Part shown: positions 60,361 to 64,000 of the stretch, piece after piece
How positions within the stretch are numbered: position 1 is the first letter of the stretch
Layout of the letters: each line of letters opens with the position of its first letter
NCBI GenBank assembly: GCA_019058365.1
Contig: JAHPZE010000001.1
Location: 192,001 to 256,000 of the forward strand
DNA: 64,000 nt
Reading direction: 5' to 3'
DNA from: Promethearchaeota archaeon
GTDB taxonomy: Archaea > Asgardarchaeota > Lokiarchaeia > Sigyniarchaeales > SOKP01
Translations under genes and position numbers: made by a program
The notes under the pieces: model-generated
What the model was told of the DNA's origin: nothing
Database searches by the model: none
What the model saw: the letters and a program-made list of their open reading frames with translations, nothing else

Positions 60361-60594
60361 GTGAAAAAAATGGCTGTTAAAACATATAATTATACGGGCT
60401 TAAAATGTCCGATGCCAGTTTTGAAAACAAAAAAGGAGTTAAGAAATTTAGCTTCTGGAGAGGTTATGGAAGTAATCGCTGATGATGTAGGGGCTAAAAA
60501 AGATATTCCAGCACTTCTCAATAAAAGTGGTGACGAGTTAGTAGAACTTCGAGAAGACAACGGTAATTTAATTTTTGTCATTAAAAAAGCTTAA
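60361..60594 (+). CDS. tusA: Sulfur carrier TusA (likely start 60370)
   Basis: GLKCPMPV (CPxP), ADD.GA..DIP. Confidence 0.9.
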   Translation: MKKMAVKTYNYTGLKCPMPVLKTKKELRNLASGEVMEVIADDVGAKKDIPALLNKSGDELVELREDNGNLIFVIKKA

Positions 60595-60623
60595 ATCGCA
60601 TTAAACGGAGTAAGGATATTACT

Positions 60624-60992
60624 ATGTCTAAATATGTTTTCTTTATTAGCACGGAACCTTATAAATATCAAGCTGTAGATACTCTTATAGAAATAGGCAA
60701 AGCTGCAATAAGAAAAGGACATGAGATAACGGGTATTTTTTTCTTTGGGACTGGTGTTTATAATCTTAAAAAGGAGATTAGTTGCGGAACTTCATTAAGA
60801 AATATCCCAGAGAAAATTGAAAAATTTTCCAATGAGAACAAAATTCCAATATCAGGGTGTAGTACATGGGTCAGTATAACGGGGCTTAAAGAATCAGATT
60901 TTATTGAAGGTGCTACTGAAGAGGGTTTAGGAGATTTTTCAGATTGGGTAATTAACGCAGATAAATTAATTGTATTTGGAGCTGGAGGTTAA
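60624..60992 (+). CDS. dsrE: DsrE/TusD-like sulfurtransferase
   Basis: PY, GHEI.GIFF.G.GV, conserved Cys (SGCST), GLG. Confidence 0.8.
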   Translation: MSKYVFFISTEPYKYQAVDTLIEIGKAAIRKGHEITGIFFFGTGVYNLKKEISCGTSLRNIPEKIEKFSNENKIPISGCSTWVSITGLKESDFIEGATEEGLGDFSDWVINADKLIVFGAGG

Positions 60993-60997
60993 GAATT

Positions 60998-61366
60998 ATG
61001 GTAGAATCTGTGGTAATAATAAGTGATCAATCTCCAATTGGTAGAAATTCTACTGTTGAGAGTATTAGAATTGGTTCAGGATTTACGGCTCTTGGAGAAT
61101 TTGTTGACTGCAAAATTGTATTTATGGGAGATGCTGTGTATTTATTTAATAAGAATAGCGATCCTGAAGCTGTGGGAATGGATTCTTTGGCAGAAGTATT
61201 AGAGATGGCTGATTTATCTGATTTAGAGGTATATATTCTTGAATCTGCTTTAATTGATGCAGGCTTAACTAAAGCTGATATGATTGACTATGAAAATTTG
61301 AAAATTATTGGATACGATGAACTAACAGATTTAATTGCTAATGCAGATACATGTTTTAGATATTAA
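60998..61366 (+). CDS. dsrF: DsrF/TusC-like protein
   Basis: SPIG, FMGDAVY; lies between the dsrE-like and dsrH-like genes. Confidence 0.75.
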   Translation: MVESVVIISDQSPIGRNSTVESIRIGSGFTALGEFVDCKIVFMGDAVYLFNKNSDPEAVGMDSLAEVLEMADLSDLEVYILESALIDAGLTKADMIDYENLKIIGYDELTDLIANADTCFRY

Positions 61367-61382
61367 GAGGGGATAGAAAAAG

Positions 61383-61724
61383 ATGACAGAAAATCTTGAT
61401 ATGGTGTATTTGTTTGGATATAGTGGATTAACAGGGAATCAATTACAGAGATTATTACCTATTTTGAAAAGTCAAATTAAAAAAAATGCAAAGCTTGGAT
61501 TAGTTTTAATTCATGATGGCGTAATAGGCATAACAACAAAGGGAAAGATACAAAAAGAATTGGAAGAACTCCTCAGTTTGAATGTAGCTGTATTTGCTAT
61601 GAGATCAGACATGAAAGCTCGAGGTATAGCTCCAGAATACATTCATGACAAAATTAAATCTATAGATTATGATGATCTAATAGATGTTATTGATGCTACG
61701 CCAAAAGTAGTATCTTGGATGTAG
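61383..61724 (+). CDS. dsrH: DsrH/TusB-like protein
   Basis: LIHDGV, DMKARGI, IDYDDL, terminal SW. Confidence 0.8.
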   Translation: MTENLDMVYLFGYSGLTGNQLQRLLPILKSQIKKNAKLGLVLIHDGVIGITTKGKIQKELEELLSLNVAVFAMRSDMKARGIAPEYIHDKIKSIDYDDLIDVIDATPKVVSWM

Positions 61725-61834
61725 TAAGACGAGAAAATCAAAATCAAAAAATTTTTTGATAATTTCTGGGTAAAACCAGAAAATTTATAATATTAAACAA
61801 AAAAAAGGAAATTTCCAAAAAAAAACAAAAAAAG

Positions 61835-62266
61835 GTGGTATATATGGCTGAAAACGGAACAATAAATTTTATTGTAAAGGACAAATCATTCGAAAAGTTC
61901 GCAATGATGATGATCCTTGGAACAACAGGTGATGCTATGGATACAAAAATGAATTTTTTCTTTACTTTTTGGGGTTTGAATCTTCTAATGAAGAAGTTTA
62001 AACCAAAAGTTGCAGGAATGCCTACTCCTATGAAAGGTATGGGAGCTAAGATATTCTTAAAAAGAATGAAGAAATTCGGAATTGAAGATCCATGGGCAAT
62101 GATTAAAGAAGCGGTTGATAACGGAAATATGAAATTATATCCATGTCAAATGACAATGGAGTTAATGGGGATTAAGAGAGAAGATTTGCTTGATTGGGTC
62201 GAAGAACCTGTTGGTGCTGCCTCATTTTTAGAAATGAGTAATGGTGGCCAAATAGTTTCATTATAA
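61835..62266 (+). CDS. DsrE2/DrsE-like (peroxiredoxin-family) sulfurtransferase
   Basis: FFTFWGL, YPCQMTMELMG, VGAASFL. Confidence 0.85.
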   Translation: MVYMAENGTINFIVKDKSFEKFAMMMILGTTGDAMDTKMNFFFTFWGLNLLMKKFKPKVAGMPTPMKGMGAKIFLKRMKKFGIEDPWAMIKEAVDNGNMKLYPCQMTMELMGIKREDLLDWVEEPVGAASFLEMSNGGQIVSL

Positions 62267-62317
62267 TAAATATTAAATTATTTTTTTTTATTTTTAACAA
62301 AAAAAAAGTGATGATTA

Positions 62318-62875
62318 ATGTCAGATATAAAAGAAGAACACCGTGAGTATAAAACGGATGAAGATTTTGATCAAGAATTTTTTAAAAATATAGAAAGAAA
62401 ATCAAATATATGGCAGTGCATCCAATGTGGAACTTGCACGGCAAGCTGTGAAAGTGGAAGATGGACTGCTTTAAAAACTCGTTCAATTATAAGAAAAGTT
62501 GTATTAGGAGATTTATCGGTATTAAAAGATCCAGATATATGGCTTTGTACGACATGTTATCAGTGTTATGAGCGATGTCCACGTGATGTAAGACCTACCG
62601 ATGTAATTATGGAGTTAAGAAATTATGCTACAAAACTAGGAAATATTTCTCCTAATCATAGAGCTGTTGTAGGTTATCTAAAAAACTTTGGACATGCTGT
62701 ACCAATAAATGATGAGGTAAGAAAACGACGAGTCGAATTAGGATTAGAAGAATTACCCCCTACTGCATTTAAATTTAAACAAGAGGGGGATAATAAAGAT
62801 TTAAAGAATATTGAAGAAAATATGTTTGAATTACCTCCAGTTAAGGAGGATAAAAAAGAAGAGGAGGAGGCATAA
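62318..62875 (+). CDS. hdrC: Heterodisulfide reductase subunit C
   Basis: CIQCGTCTASC.SG, IWLCTTCYQCYERCPR. Confidence 0.92.
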   Translation: MSDIKEEHREYKTDEDFDQEFFKNIERKSNIWQCIQCGTCTASCESGRWTALKTRSIIRKVVLGDLSVLKDPDIWLCTTCYQCYERCPRDVRPTDVIMELRNYATKLGNISPNHRAVVGYLKNFGHAVPINDEVRKRRVELGLEELPPTAFKFKQEGDNKDLKNIEENMFELPPVKEDKKEEEEA

Positions 62876-62877
62876 AA

Positions 62878-63795
62878 ATGGTTAAAGAAAACACTTTCGC
62901 TTTTTTTTTAGGGTGTATCATGCCTAATCGATACCCTGCTATTGAAAAATCAACGAAATTTGTAATGGAAAAATTAGGATATGAACTTTTGGACATGGAA
63001 AGAGCAACTTGTTGTCCTGCTCCAGGAGTTTTCCGTTCTTTCAATAAATTCGATTGGATGGTAGCTGCTGCGCGAAATTTATGCATAGCTGAGAAATTGG
63101 ATGCTGACATTCTAACAGTATGTAATGGTTGTTTTGGAACACTTCAGGAAGTAAATAAACATCTTAAACAAAACGAAGAACACCGTGAAATGGTAAATGA
63201 GAAACTCAAATTACTGGGAGATTATGAATATAAAGGAACTATTAATGTACGTCATATAGCTGAAGTTTTAGGTTATGAAATTGGACCATGGGGAATTGAA
63301 GATCATATTATAAGAAAAGTAAATGTTAAAGCTGCTATTCATTATGGTTGTCATTTTTTAAAACCAACAAGAATTAGAGAAATTGAAAGTTCTGAAGGTC
63401 CAACAATTATTGAAGATTTTATTGAAGTATTAGGAGTTGAATCCGTACGGTTCAAAGAGCAACTTACTTGCTGTGGTGCGGGTGGAGGTGTAAAAGCATA
63501 TTCTGGTGATGCGAGTATGACAATTTTCGGAGAAAAAATGAAAAATATCGATGAAGTAAAACCAGATATAATATTAGATATCTGTCCATTTTGTCATTTA
63601 CAATTTGAGACAGGGCAAGATTATTTAAATAAAAATAAAAGCTGTAATTATGATTATCCTGTAATTCATATCTCCCAACTTGTAGCCTATTGTATGGGAA
63701 TGGACCAAGAATTTGTTGGCCTTCAATATCAGTTAATGGGGCGAGAGTTTATTTTTGGGGGAGAACAAATTACTGAAAAAGAGGAGGCTGCTTAA
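62878..63795 (+). CDS. hdrB: Heterodisulfide reductase subunit B
   Basis: FLGC, TCCPAPG, CNGC, HYGCH, CCGAGGG, CPFCH. Confidence 0.95.
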   Translation: MVKENTFAFFLGCIMPNRYPAIEKSTKFVMEKLGYELLDMERATCCPAPGVFRSFNKFDWMVAAARNLCIAEKLDADILTVCNGCFGTLQEVNKHLKQNEEHREMVNEKLKLLGDYEYKGTINVRHIAEVLGYEIGPWGIEDHIIRKVNVKAAIHYGCHFLKPTRIREIESSEGPTIIEDFIEVLGVESVRFKEQLTCCGAGGGVKAYSGDASMTIFGEKMKNIDEVKPDIILDICPFCHLQFETGQDYLNKNKSCNYDYPVIHISQLVAYCMGMDQEFVGLQYQLMGREFIFGGEQITEKEEAA

Positions 63796-64000
63796 ATGAC
63801 CGTAAAAGAGGAAAAAATAACGGAATCAAAAAATATTAGTAAAACAGATAAAGATAAACAAGAAGAAGAACCTAGAATAGGAGTTTTTATATGTCATTGT
63901 GGTCATAATATTGCTGATACTGTCGATGTTGCTAAAGTAGCAGATTATGCCAAAGATTTGCCCAACGTGGTTAAAGCTGAGCATTATATGTTTATGTGTT
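63796..64000 (+). CDS. hdrA: Heterodisulfide reductase subunit A, N-terminus (truncated by the window edge)
   Basis: Manual translation MTVKEEK...EPRIGVFICHCGHNIADTVDV.KV..YAK.LPNVV.AEHYMFMC; the ATG directly follows the hdrB stop. Confidence 0.9.
   Translation, partial: MTVKEEKITESKNISKTDKDKQEEEPRIGVFICHCGHNIADTVDVAKVADYAKDLPNVVKAEHYMFMC

Noticed and set aside
60330-62310. Long A-tracts upstream of tusA, dsrE2 and hdrC considered as phase-variation sites
   Set aside because: A/T homopolymers are frequent in intergenic DNA throughout this AT-rich window, and none of these interrupts a reading frame.
4323-63110. Numerous 60-110 aa antisense or nested ORFs in the track (e.g. 4323, 5662, 11434, 13588, 16013, 20921, 25631, 29784, 33342, 47775, 50404, 57879, 60390, 62841)
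   Set aside because: They lie within or across well-supported genes and have no motifs of their own.
1-64000. tRNA, rRNA, IS/transposase, integrase or provirus genes
   Set aside because: I saw no GC-rich structured RNA-like segment or mobile-element protein motif by eye; tRNAscan-SE or Infernal would be needed to exclude small RNAs.

Overview
An AT-rich, densely coding archaeal chromosomal window. I infer it comes from an Asgard archaeon, most likely Lokiarchaeia, because it carries several eukaryotic-signature genes: an actin-related protein, a profilin-like domain, longin-like domains, a small GTPase, a RING finger and a cyclin/TFIIB-fold protein. Housekeeping and metabolic genes include topoisomerase IA, purD, a TrmJ-type methylase, gpmA, two M32 carboxypeptidases, several MFS/ABC transporters, a GH15 glucoamylase and a tusA-dsrEFH-dsrE2-hdrCBA operon. 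I recognised no rRNA, tRNA, CRISPR array or transposase. The most interesting observations are: (1) a coiled-coil/polyproline/WH2-like protein two genes upstream of the actin-related gene; (2) a profilin-like domain fused to an LCM-type SAM methyltransferase; (3) four small genes sharing a gapless 45-aa motif I cannot assign, next to a divergent cyclin-fold/RHH pair with a perfect 14-bp inverted repeat; (4) a longin-GTPase / HEAT-coiled-coil / longin-Zn cluster; (5) a canonical-type HdrCBA in one operon with a sulfur relay; (6) a synonymously diverged duplicate of the lrp 3' end, suggesting a recombination or insertion scar. All domain calls come from reading motifs by eye; no database search was run.
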